A stretch of 64,000 nucleotides of DNA. It comes from a virus. Lineage: Duplodnaviria > Heunggongvirae > Uroviricota > Caudoviricetes. Shown here in pieces: positions 53,729-62,742 of the stretch. The first letter of the stretch is position 1. Each line of letters opens with the position of its first letter. The notes under the pieces were generated by a model. It saw only the letters and a program-made list of their open reading frames with translations. It was not told the origin of the DNA and ran no database searches. The DNA is taken from positions 74,063-138,062 of the IMG/VR virus record IMGVR_UViG_3300037454_000941. One strand, 5' to 3'. The position numbers and the translations under genes were made by a program.

Positions 53729-54850
53729 ATGGTTGAACTTAGTGTACTGATTGTTGTTGACGCTGACGGGCATATCCTGGATAAGAATATTTTTCATCGC
53801 CCGGAACTGATATGTGATACTAGAATCATTGATGAGGTCCTGGGGACCGCGGGCATAGTCTCCGAACCGATGATGGACGAGGCCCACCGGTCGCTTACCA
53901 TCGTGTGTCCCAAGGTGGCGATGATGAAGAACGAGCGGACGCTGCTCATATTCTGCGACATGCTTGATGATGAAACCGATACGTGGGCATGCACGGTGTT
54001 TGCTGACGCGGCTATGTTGCCCATTGCGCTTGATTCCGGTGCATGCAAGCGGCTCATAGTGGTCGCGCCCACTAATCGGACTAGCGAGTTCACGTACAGA
54101 AAATGGCGACGGGTTGATACGATTAACCCGATACCGAATACGTCGGACGTGGCCGGCATGGACGTGATGACATATACTCGAATGGACGAGCTGGATATAA
54201 CCGAAGGCGATATGAACGATGAGCTCAATCGGATTATGGCCGAGGTGGAATCCCACATCAGTGACCCGGCATCCGACGAGGACCGTTCCGCGATGTTACG
54301 GGTGATCCAGTTCCTGAAAAATGGGTTGGTCGTACCCGCAGCCCCCAGGGGGGCAAATGAGCACGCCGATTCAATCGACGGTGGGTACGATGACAATCTC
54401 GATCTGCCAATGGATGACATTATGGACAATGTTGCCGGGTACGTGAACACCTTACTGGGCGGCTACGTCAAACTTCCGCTATTTACCAAGCAGTGCGATA
54501 TCCAGAACGATGCACTCAAGCGGCTCATCGAAGTCGAGAAGGTGGCGGCAGACAATTTGGCGAAAAATACACTGCTGTCGCAACAGCTGGATTCCTTGCG
54601 GACGGGGATTGCAACCAATAAGGAACTCTGTGGTTCCAGGCTGCTGGAAGAGGTCGAGGCAACCAATATTAAGTACAACGCGGTAAACGAGTCAATCTAT
54701 GGGTTATGCCTTCAACTGTCCAATGTGGTCAATGAACAGGAGAAGATGAAGAAAGCAAACAAGAAGCTGATGCTGATGTGCAAAACGCTCTGTGCCATAT
54801 TGGTAATCATGGTGGGCGTAATGGTGTTTCTTTTGGCTACTGGGGGTTGA
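53729..54850 (+). CDS. Coiled-coil protein with C-terminal transmembrane anchor
   Basis: Heptad-rich C-terminal third and terminal hydrophobic helix LCAILVIMVGVMVFLLA. Confidence 0.65.
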   Translation: MVELSVLIVVDADGHILDKNIFHRPELICDTRIIDEVLGTAGIVSEPMMDEAHRSLTIVCPKVAMMKNERTLLIFCDMLDDETDTWACTVFADAAMLPIALDSGACKRLIVVAPTNRTSEFTYRKWRRVDTINPIPNTSDVAGMDVMTYTRMDELDITEGDMNDELNRIMAEVESHISDPASDEDRSAMLRVIQFLKNGLVVPAAPRGANEHADSIDGGYDDNLDLPMDDIMDNVAGYVNTLLGGYVKLPLFTKQCDIQNDALKRLIEVEKVAADNLAKNTLLSQQLDSLRTGIATNKELCGSRLLEEVEATNIKYNAVNESIYGLCLQLSNVVNEQEKMKKANKKLMLMCKTLCAILVIMVGVMVFLLATGG

Positions 54851-55333
54851 ATGTCGACATTGCATATAATGGTCGGTATCCCGGGAAGCGGGAAGTCGAC
54901 GTATTCAGAGAGGCTCGCCAAGGAAATCGGGGCCACACGGGTGTCATTGGATGAGATAATGGAATCCATGAGGAGGGGCGGTGGCCGGGCCATGATGATG
55001 AACGGGAGACGCGGGCGCGAAATGGTCATGCAGCGGATTGGTGAGGCGATTCTTCAAGGGGATGTGGTATACGATTCCACAAACGTACATGAACGGGACT
55101 GGCGGCATTACATGGAGTGCTGTCCGCCCGGCACGAAGTTCAAGCTATATTGGTTTGATATATCACCGGATGAGGCGATGCGGAGGCAAGAATTGCGTAC
55201 TAGGAAAGTGCCCGAGCCGGTATTGCGCATGATGTGGATGGCAATGAACGCGGCGAAAAAACGTATCGCGGCAAATTTTTCGCCCGGAGATGTCACTTAT
55301 ATCACGGTCGATGATTGGGTGGAAAATATCTAA
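54851..55333 (+). CDS. P-loop kinase (polynucleotide kinase/AAA_33-like)
   Basis: MVGIPGSGKST, VVYDSTN, RRQELRTRKVPE. Confidence 0.85.
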   Translation: MSTLHIMVGIPGSGKSTYSERLAKEIGATRVSLDEIMESMRRGGGRAMMMNGRRGREMVMQRIGEAILQGDVVYDSTNVHERDWRHYMECCPPGTKFKLYWFDISPDEAMRRQELRTRKVPEPVLRMMWMAMNAAKKRIAANFSPGDVTYITVDDWVENI

Positions 55334-55668
55334 ACTTCCACGTTCATTCCCAGGGTGAGCATGAGATCGTCATCGTTTTCGCTGGCCAGTGAATCGATGC
55401 GTTCTTCCAGCTCGCGCATGCCAATTTCAGGATCCTCGTTTCCCATGGTGAATATTTTCATGTATTGGGTGTCCAGATACATTGTATAGCCGGGGTCACT
55501 GTCTATTGGTCGGCCATCGCTCCAATGTGCGCGTATTCCGAGGTATCCGGGGTCATCATGGAATGACATTGATAATCCCTGTGTGTCACAATACGCCATG
55601 AGCCGGCGAAACTCGGGAAACCGTTCGGGATAGCCCTTTGATTCGAACAGGGATCGTGCTATGTTCAT
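55330..55668 (-). CDS. Hypothetical protein
   Basis: ORF coupled to the upstream GT2 stop codon. Confidence 0.55.
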   Translation of the reverse strand: MNIARSLFESKGYPERFPEFRRLMAYCDTQGLSMSFHDDPGYLGIRAHWSDGRPIDSDPGYTMYLDTQYMKIFTMGNEDPEIGMRELEERIDSLASENDDDLMLTLGMNVEV

Positions 55669-56564
55669 GGGGTCGTCCAATTTCTGTCGCCGACTATGAT
55701 GTCTTTGGGGATGAATATGTGGCCACAGCAGTCCTTTCCTTCCCCTTTCATGAGAAACATGAGTTCTTCGCGTTTGGATTCCAGAATATCGACGAACGTC
55801 TCGTGGTCATATTTTTCTTCGGGCCGCGGATGGTCGGCATGACGTATGCCGGCATGCTTCGCGCAAACGGGATACATTTCTATTCCGGTATAGTACGCTT
55901 CGAGTCCGAGATAACCATCTTCACCGCCCCATTTGCCGCAGAAGTCACTCGAAAACACTTCCTCACGACCGAATAGAGTCTTGTTCAGGTGTCGAATTGA
56001 TTCGATTGCTAGGCGATTCATCCCTATGTTGCAGGTCCAGATAATGCCCGAGTCAACAAAAAAGGCTTCTTTGGTTATTTGCTCCATCCGGGTGAATATC
56101 GGTATCGGGTTATCGCAGTATCCTTCGCGCTGGTCATGCCAATCGTACATTCGTTCGCATCTTCGACCGACCGAAATAGTTGGCGCATCATTTCCGAGGA
56201 TTGACAGATGTCCTTTGATCAGGTTCGGTTCGGGAAATGAATCGCCGTCAATGAATATGACTGCATCATAGCCTTGTGTGATTGCATATTCTATGGCGAC
56301 ATTGCGACAGGCGCCGGCACAGAAATGCTGTACGGGAAAATCCATACACGGGCGACCCATGTTGTCGGGCGTATGGCCCACTACAATTATTTTCACCCTG
56401 CTTCCTTCGAACGCATTTCGTGTTTCCACTAGCTCTCGCGGCGATGGACGGTCGAGAACTACTATGATGCCATCGGGGCGACGGCTTAGGTCGTGAATGG
56501 CTGCCGCCATCTGCGTGGCATGCTGGGATTGGTTCTTGGATACGATTGCCAACAATGATTTCAT
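55665..56564 (-). CDS. GT2-family glycosyltransferase
   Basis: VVLD, AGACRNVAI, IFIDGD, TCNIGM, GKWGGED; TATATT 7 nt before the ATG. Confidence 0.85.
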   Translation of the reverse strand: MKSLLAIVSKNQSQHATQMAAAIHDLSRRPDGIIVVLDRPSPRELVETRNAFEGSRVKIIVVGHTPDNMGRPCMDFPVQHFCAGACRNVAIEYAITQGYDAVIFIDGDSFPEPNLIKGHLSILGNDAPTISVGRRCERMYDWHDQREGYCDNPIPIFTRMEQITKEAFFVDSGIIWTCNIGMNRLAIESIRHLNKTLFGREEVFSSDFCGKWGGEDGYLGLEAYYTGIEMYPVCAKHAGIRHADHPRPEEKYDHETFVDILESKREELMFLMKGEGKDCCGHIFIPKDIIVGDRNWTTP

Positions 56565-56706
56565 AATATTTAATATAGAAATATATATCCATGTTTCAAA
56601 ATATTTTTCATTATTTTTGCAATTTTTAGTTGACACGAGAAATTCTTTATGTTATTTTTATTAACACAAACCAACATCTTATCAACAATATCCCAACGGA
56701 AATTAA

Positions 56707-58044
56707 ATGAGCAAACAAGAAACCGCAGATTCCAAGAAGCTCCTCAAGCTGATTGGGAAACCGACCCCGGACACTCGTTACAACAAGACAGACCTCCCAC
56801 CGGTCAGAAAACTACTGAAACTCTACAACATGGACACGGGAAAGGTGTATCCTTTCTACAAGATCCTCACCAATCTCGGGTGGGTATCTGATCCGGAAGA
56901 GCAGTTTAAGACCAATGTTCGTAAAACGCGCCTTATGTTGAGGCATGAGGCCGAGAACAAGGGGGATCTCAACCAAGATGACCTTGAAGCTGCGGTGAGT
57001 GTGGCATCCGAGGGGCAGATTGCTATTCTCAGGCGAGATGTTGCCAATCTCCAGAAAGAGCTCAACGATACAAAGATCCAAAAGTTCGTTGCGCAGGAAA
57101 TAATCGACTCAATGTCCGAATCGATTAGGACGATAAAGCCCTACAACATAAGCATAAATGTCACCAAAGCGCCGAGGGGGAATGTGGATGGTAAGTTCTA
57201 TAACATCCTCCCGATCTCCGACGTTCATTATGGTGAATACGTGGACTCCCGTGGCATAAATGGTATCAACAATTACAATATGGAAATTTCCAAGAAACGG
57301 CATGAACTGCTGTTCAGGAAGAACTACGAGTTCGCGTCCATCTATGGGTGCGACGAGCTCCATATTTTCATGCTCGGTGACATTTTCTCCGGAAACATTC
57401 ACGCGGAACTCCGTGAAACTAACCAAAAGGTGATCACGGACTGCGTTCTTGATTACTATGGGTTCATCATCGGCCTCATCAACGCATATTCGAAACTCTA
57501 CAAGAAGATTGTCATTTCCTGCGTGGTCGGGAACCATGCCCGCAACACTGACAAGTATCAGTTCAAGAACAAGGGCAAGGATTCTTATGAATATATCCTT
57601 TATGGCTTCATGAAGAAATATTACGATCTGCCGGAATCCCCGAAGAACGTGTCCATGAACCTCACTGATTCAGTGGTCGAGTTCGCCGAGGTTGGTGAAC
57701 AGACGTGGAAACTGGAACACGGTGACCGATACAAGGGCGGCTCCGCGTTTGTCTCCCCACTGGGTATTGTCGCAAGAGACAACTTTAAGGATAAGGGGAT
57801 GTACTGCGCTGAAGATGACCGTGATTTTGATGCGGCCATCATGGGGCACTTCCACAAAAGCGCGGAAATTTATCTCGATGGCACGAACACGCCGATTTAC
57901 CTCAACGCAAGCCTTATTGGACCCAACGAATACTCCGTGCACAAGCTCCATAGCAGCTATCCGGCGGAGAGCTACATCTTTATCACGGATGGAAAGCGGG
58001 TAGTGTCCAAGGGCTCCGTGAACCTGATGGGAATCCAGAGGTAG
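56707..58044 (+). CDS. Calcineurin-like metallophosphoesterase with N-terminal coiled coil
   Basis: SDVHYG, LGDIFSG, VGNHAR, EHGD, MGHFH. Confidence 0.88.
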   Translation: MSKQETADSKKLLKLIGKPTPDTRYNKTDLPPVRKLLKLYNMDTGKVYPFYKILTNLGWVSDPEEQFKTNVRKTRLMLRHEAENKGDLNQDDLEAAVSVASEGQIAILRRDVANLQKELNDTKIQKFVAQEIIDSMSESIRTIKPYNISINVTKAPRGNVDGKFYNILPISDVHYGEYVDSRGINGINNYNMEISKKRHELLFRKNYEFASIYGCDELHIFMLGDIFSGNIHAELRETNQKVITDCVLDYYGFIIGLINAYSKLYKKIVISCVVGNHARNTDKYQFKNKGKDSYEYILYGFMKKYYDLPESPKNVSMNLTDSVVEFAEVGEQTWKLEHGDRYKGGSAFVSPLGIVARDNFKDKGMYCAEDDRDFDAAIMGHFHKSAEIYLDGTNTPIYLNASLIGPNEYSVHKLHSSYPAESYIFITDGKRVVSKGSVNLMGIQR

Positions 58045-58063
58045 TGGATATGGAGAGGGAAGA

Positions 58064-58091
58064 AGGACCCGGCGTGAACCGGGCCTTTTTT
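58064..58091 (+). terminator. Rho-independent terminator
   Basis: AGGACCCGG-CGTGAA-CCGGGCCTTTTTT. Confidence 0.75.
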
Positions 58092-58093
58092 CG

Positions 58094-58122
58094 TTGACAT
58101 CGGAACCAAAATATGCTATATT
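58094..58122 (+). promoter_or_regulatory. Sigma70-type promoter (leaderless) for ligA
   Basis: TTGACA (58094-58099)-N17-TATATT (58117-58122) with extended TG; ATG follows 6 nt later with no SD. Confidence 0.8.
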
Positions 58123-58128
58123 CATGAT

Positions 58129-60228
58129 ATGATAGATTTTACGGAATATTCCCAGATAGTCGATACCATGCAATCTTGGGCCAAGGCCTACGCCGCGGGC
58201 AACCAAACGGTCACTGATGATGTATGGGACAAAAATTATCTCCTGTTGAAGGAGTTCGAGGCGGCAAACCCGGCATTTATCCTTGACAATTCCCCCACCA
58301 GGCATGTCGTAGACGGCGCCGAGGGATTCCGCAAGGTGAAACATGATATCCCGATGATTTCGATTTCCAACTCGAACGGCATCGGGGAGGCCAATGAATG
58401 GTGCACCGACATGATGCGGGTGCGCGGGGTCAAGGAATTCGAACTCGAATACAAGATTGATGGCCTGGGGCTTGCCCTCATCTATAAGGAAGGACAGCTC
58501 GTTGACGCCATCACGCGCGGAACGGATAATGTCGGTGACTCCGTGTGGGAAAATGCTATCCGCATCAAGAGCATCCCGCACCAGATTTCCGTGTTCGGCG
58601 ACATCGAAATTCGCGGGGAGGTCGTCTGGAAGTATGATGACTTCGAACCTACCAACGACCAGCTTGCGGCGGAGGGCAAGAAATGCTTCGCGAACCCCCG
58701 TAACGGCGCCGCGGGCACGTTGAAGATGCATGATCCGGATGAAGTCGAGCGCCGTTGCCTCTCGTTCGTTGCCTATCTCATTGTCAAGGGAAGTTCGAAT
58801 GCGACCCAGATTGCCGACATTGAACTCCTCGAAACGATGGGATTCGAGGTCCCCGAGCATCACGTGGTACAGTCAATCGAACAGTTCACCGCTATTGCCG
58901 AGAGTATGCGCGAACGCCGTTTCCAGCAAGCATACCCCATTGACGGCGTTGTCATTAAGGTGAATGACAAGAGTCGCCATCCCGAATTGGGCTATACCGC
59001 CAAGTCGCCCAACTTTTATCGTGCCTACAAGTTCCCCCCGGAGGAAAAGGAGACTGAACTCCTCGACATTGAACAGTCGGTCGGGATGTCTGGCGCGATC
59101 ACCCCCGTCGCCATTATCAAACCGGTACACCTCGCCATGACAACGGTATCACGGTGTTCCCTCCATAACTGGGACCTCGTGGAATACCTCGGCCTCCATA
59201 AAGGATGCCATGTGGTAATCCGCAAGGCCGGTGAAATTATCCCGGAACTCGTGAAGTGCACGGAAACGGGCCGCACTAAGGATGAATACGAGGTATTGCG
59301 CGAACAGTATGACCGGAAGAAGATTCCCCACGTCGAAGCGTATGCCGGCGCAACACCGGGTGAACGATATGAACGCCCGATGACTTGCCCGTTCTGTAGC
59401 GCGCCGTTGCATTTTGCCCTCAACGCGGATGGCAAGGAACTTGTCGCCTGGGTATGCAACAACGACAGCTGCACTTCCCAGTTTGTCCTGAAACTGACGA
59501 ACTTTGCATCCCGTGGGTGCATGAACATCATGGGACTCGGCGAGAGCATGGCCGAACTGCTGTTCGAATCCGGGAAGGTAGTTTCTTTCGACCAGCTCTA
59601 TGCCCTCACCGTCAACGACTTGGTTGGCCTGGGCAACATCCGTGAGAAGAGCGCACAGAAGCTCATCAATGCGATTAACAAGACCAAGGACAACTATTTG
59701 CATCAGCTTATCGAGGGATTCTCCATTCCGGGGATTGGCCATCAGGCATCCCCGGTATTCGCCACCAGCGTAGCCAAGGCGGGTGGATTCGCCAAGTTCC
59801 TTTCGGAAGATGCTGAGGGGCAGTTTATGCTCGACTTGACACTGAATGCGCGGATGGGCGGCATCAGCGAGCAACTGGTAAAACGGTTTACCGACTTCAT
59901 CGTTCGCAACAAGGAAATGATTGGTCGACTGGTCGCGGCTGGTGTTGCGCAGAAGGTGAAGGAAGCGCAAAGCGTAAAATTGGCCGGACGGGTCTGCATC
60001 ATGACCGGTACCTTCTCCAAGCTGGACCGCGACGTGTTCAAGGACATGGTCGTGACCAATGGGGGGACCATATGTTCCTCCATAACCAAGAAATGCAACC
60101 TTGTGCTGCTGGGTGACAACGCCGGTCCGAAAAAGGTTAAGGCAATCGAAGAATTCAAGAAGGCCGGGCAGCACATCGACGTGTATACGCCGGAAACATT
60201 GGATGACTTCCTTAAATTGCTGGAGTGA
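58129..60228 (+). CDS. ligA: NAD+-dependent DNA ligase
   Basis: EYKIDG adenylation motif, TRG, EIRGEV, NPRNGAAG, DGVVIKVN, AYKFP, KAGEIIPE, Zn finger CPFC...C...C, HhH repeats, C-terminal BRCT (TGTFS...GG....SITKK). Confidence 0.96.
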   Translation: MIDFTEYSQIVDTMQSWAKAYAAGNQTVTDDVWDKNYLLLKEFEAANPAFILDNSPTRHVVDGAEGFRKVKHDIPMISISNSNGIGEANEWCTDMMRVRGVKEFELEYKIDGLGLALIYKEGQLVDAITRGTDNVGDSVWENAIRIKSIPHQISVFGDIEIRGEVVWKYDDFEPTNDQLAAEGKKCFANPRNGAAGTLKMHDPDEVERRCLSFVAYLIVKGSSNATQIADIELLETMGFEVPEHHVVQSIEQFTAIAESMRERRFQQAYPIDGVVIKVNDKSRHPELGYTAKSPNFYRAYKFPPEEKETELLDIEQSVGMSGAITPVAIIKPVHLAMTTVSRCSLHNWDLVEYLGLHKGCHVVIRKAGEIIPELVKCTETGRTKDEYEVLREQYDRKKIPHVEAYAGATPGERYERPMTCPFCSAPLHFALNADGKELVAWVCNNDSCTSQFVLKLTNFASRGCMNIMGLGESMAELLFESGKVVSFDQLYALTVNDLVGLGNIREKSAQKLINAINKTKDNYLHQLIEGFSIPGIGHQASPVFATSVAKAGGFAKFLSEDAEGQFMLDLTLNARMGGISEQLVKRFTDFIVRNKEMIGRLVAAGVAQKVKEAQSVKLAGRVCIMTGTFSKLDRDVFKDMVVTNGGTICSSITKKCNLVLLGDNAGPKKVKAIEEFKKAGQHIDVYTPETLDDFLKLLE

Positions 60229-60596
60229 CCATGAGGGACCTCGGGCAGACAATGGAGCGGCACGGGTACCAGGCCACGTTCATCAAGATTGATGAACGTG
60301 ACCGCTTTGCGTTGCTTTTCAGTGTGCACACGGATACCAGAATCTTCCTATGCGATCACCTGTGGACCCGTACGGGGGACTGGTGCAAGAATCTGGCGCC
60401 GGGTTCCGTAATTCAGTTCACCGCGGTGCCGATAAAGTACGTGAAGCGGCATGGGCATACAACTGGGGAACTCGAAGTGGACATTACGCTGAGCGACGTG
60501 GAGGATGTGAAGAAAGTGTCCGAAATCGCGCTACGGAAAGAAATCAACGAATTCGTGGAGAAAAATGATGAACAAGAACGGCCTGACAACGACTGA
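60225..60596 (+). CDS. Hypothetical beta-rich (OB-fold-like) phage protein
   Basis: DHLW...L.PG..IQF.A....YVK pattern; GTGA overlap with the ligA stop. Confidence 0.55.
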   Translation: MTMRDLGQTMERHGYQATFIKIDERDRFALLFSVHTDTRIFLCDHLWTRTGDWCKNLAPGSVIQFTAVPIKYVKRHGHTTGELEVDITLSDVEDVKKVSEIALRKEINEFVEKNDEQERPDND

Positions 60597-60714
60597 AGTC
60601 ATAGTCCTGGTGATAATCCTATTCCTGATGGCGTTTATCGCCGGCGCAAAGCTGCTCGGGCTGGAATCCTTGCCGGTAGCGGACGCGTTAGGACAGGGCA
60701 TGTCCCTCATGTAA
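60565..60714 (+). CDS. Prepilin-like small membrane peptide (49 aa)
   Basis: MMNKNG-LTTTEVIVLVIILFLMAFIAGA...: basic leader, G at -1, E at +5, then a hydrophobic helix; SD GGAG. Confidence 0.5.
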   Translation: MMNKNGLTTTEVIVLVIILFLMAFIAGAKLLGLESLPVADALGQGMSLM

Positions 60715-60763
60715 TGCTTCGCCGTATATAAATCTGTCTCGTGATGAGACGGAGGTATATCCG

Positions 60764-61717
60764 GTGCAGTACGCAAAGTTTATTGACTATCTTGAAAACC
60801 TGGCCACGGCAACAGACAGCCGCGCACTATGTGAAAGCGCAGCCGGGATACTAATCGAAAACGGAACGGGCCCCTTGGGGACGCTCGCCGAATACATGGT
60901 GAATATTGGCACCTGCTTCAGGGAAATCGCCATAAACATGGGTGACAAGATCACCGAATATGCCATCAACACTACATTCAAGGATAACGCCGGTTACGTT
61001 CTCGACGCATACGAACATGACGTGGAGCCGCGCACGGTGGCCGGCAAGCTCTATGCGGAGACATTGACGTGTCCCCCGAAACCAACTTACGTCGATCAGG
61101 TGTACTATGATCCCAAGAGCTGCGTGCACCGCGGCTGTCCGATGCTTGCGGAAGGGGTCGGGGACGCTGCCAGGTCCATTAAGGAATACGTGAAATCCCA
61201 TGCGATACCGCTCGCAATCAGCGCGGCACTGGGTGCCGGTGCAGCAACGGTCGCACCGAAGGCCGTCGATGACGTGCGGGATGCCGGGCACAAGGCGACC
61301 GAGATGGTCCAGAAGTCCCATGACTTCGTTGCAACGGCTGAACAGGTGCAGAAATGGAATCGAACCGGGGCGATCATTGGCGAGAACATGGACGGGTGGA
61401 AGTATGTCGATCGCACGCAGAAACCGGGCGTGTATGGTCCCCATTTCAGGGGGGTGTCCATGGACGAACTGGCTGCCGAGGATAACCGGATGGATGGCGG
61501 CAAGTTGAAGCTGGGCTGGTGGGTCAGTCCCGACGGTCACAAGGTGTTCTCCACGGTCACTGGTAAGTATTTCGAGCCGAAGAAGGACTTCAACGACCCA
61601 TCGTTTACCAGGGCGGATCTTGGCAATCCGGTCGGAGTCGGCGGACATTACGTGCTCCCCGAGGACAAGTGCTCCGAATGGGACAACGAGGCGTACTACG
61701 GGAAGGGAAATATCTAA
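60764..61717 (+). CDS. Putative head-internal/ejection protein (late)
   Basis: TATAAAT at 60727-60733; MQYAKFIDYLE start, ALCES and MLAEG sites, then hydrophobic AIPLAISAALGAGAA. Confidence 0.55.
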   Translation: MQYAKFIDYLENLATATDSRALCESAAGILIENGTGPLGTLAEYMVNIGTCFREIAINMGDKITEYAINTTFKDNAGYVLDAYEHDVEPRTVAGKLYAETLTCPPKPTYVDQVYYDPKSCVHRGCPMLAEGVGDAARSIKEYVKSHAIPLAISAALGAGAATVAPKAVDDVRDAGHKATEMVQKSHDFVATAEQVQKWNRTGAIIGENMDGWKYVDRTQKPGVYGPHFRGVSMDELAAEDNRMDGGKLKLGWWVSPDGHKVFSTVTGKYFEPKKDFNDPSFTRADLGNPVGVGGHYVLPEDKCSEWDNEAYYGKGNI

Positions 61718-62100
61718 TGGGGAACGATGCGCCAGACATGATCGTGTTCGGCGGTAGAGCCGAGGCTAACGATCCCGAACGGGTCGACGCAGTCACTCGT
61801 TTCAATCGTATGGCCGTGGACGACCCGAGGTACGGGCATAACATGATACTGGACCGTATCGCTTCATTCGATAACAGTGCGCGGTTCACGACGGATGAAG
61901 AGGAGGAATTGGACAAATATGTTCAGACGCTGTTCCTGGAGCCGTTGGGAAGTCGCGGATACGATTTGAATGGCGAGTGCTACGGAGACTATCAGAAGGA
62001 GCAGGCTGCCTCAGCCGGACTGGATTACCAGGAAGAAAATTGCTATGCCGAGAACGCCGCGGATTTCTTGAACTCGTTCGGGATGCTGTTCGCGGATTGA
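61717..62100 (+). CDS. Acidic hypothetical protein
   Basis: TAATG overlap with the upstream gene. Confidence 0.6.
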   Translation: MGNDAPDMIVFGGRAEANDPERVDAVTRFNRMAVDDPRYGHNMILDRIASFDNSARFTTDEEEELDKYVQTLFLEPLGSRGYDLNGECYGDYQKEQAASAGLDYQEENCYAENAADFLNSFGMLFAD

Positions 62101-62154
62101 TCCGAGGCATTTAACGTAGTTTTTACCCCGGAATATAATCACGGGGTTTATTTT

Positions 62155-62742
62155 ATGAACATTGAGGAATACGCTGCCGCGCTTCGCGAGATGGATGATT
62201 GTATACGGCTGTCCGAGGCGCAAATGGAACGGTATGTGGCCGCGACATACAAGAACAACGCCATGCTCATCAAGTCGAGCTTGTATTATAGGATGTTCAC
62301 ACGGCCATGGAGTATCGTATGTGCACCGCTTAACCGGGTTCTCAGGTGGGTAGGGGAGCATGTCCCGCTGGTGGATGAGGATGGAAAGCCGATGAATGAC
62401 GACTTCATCCATTTCACTGCCATGCTCCGGATGGCCGGATATATCACGTGGCGCGATTACGGGTGGCATGTGGTGGACGTGCAGCCGGTGTCGTCGATGG
62501 ATCCGGAGACGTTCAAGAGGTATTTTCGGTCCCAGCATCGTGTGGTTGAGCGCATGCCGGTAAACAGGGCAGCCATAGTCCTTGACGCGCTCTATTCAGA
62601 ATACGCTGAGCGGCATCATATCCACGGAGTCGGCGGATACCACAGGTTCACCGAAAAGACCAGGCGCAAGATTCTTGCCGTTATCAACAAGGCTGACCGT
62701 ACTGAAATCTACTCAAACTTACTCACAGTAAGTCTTTCGTGA
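62155..62742 (+). CDS. Hypothetical protein whose C-terminus overlaps the TnpB element end
   Basis: 195-aa ORF; TATAAT at 62135-62140; last 34 nt overlap tnpB on the opposite strand. Confidence 0.65.
   Translation: MNIEEYAAALREMDDCIRLSEAQMERYVAATYKNNAMLIKSSLYYRMFTRPWSIVCAPLNRVLRWVGEHVPLVDEDGKPMNDDFIHFTAMLRMAGYITWRDYGWHVVDVQPVSSMDPETFKRYFRSQHRVVERMPVNRAAIVLDALYSEYAERHHIHGVGGYHRFTEKTRRKILAVINKADRTEIYSNLLTVSLS

Noticed and set aside
59562-59570. tRNA T-loop-like GTTCGAATC
   Set aside because: It lies inside the ligA coding sequence with no cloverleaf around it; no tRNA was recognised anywhere in the window.
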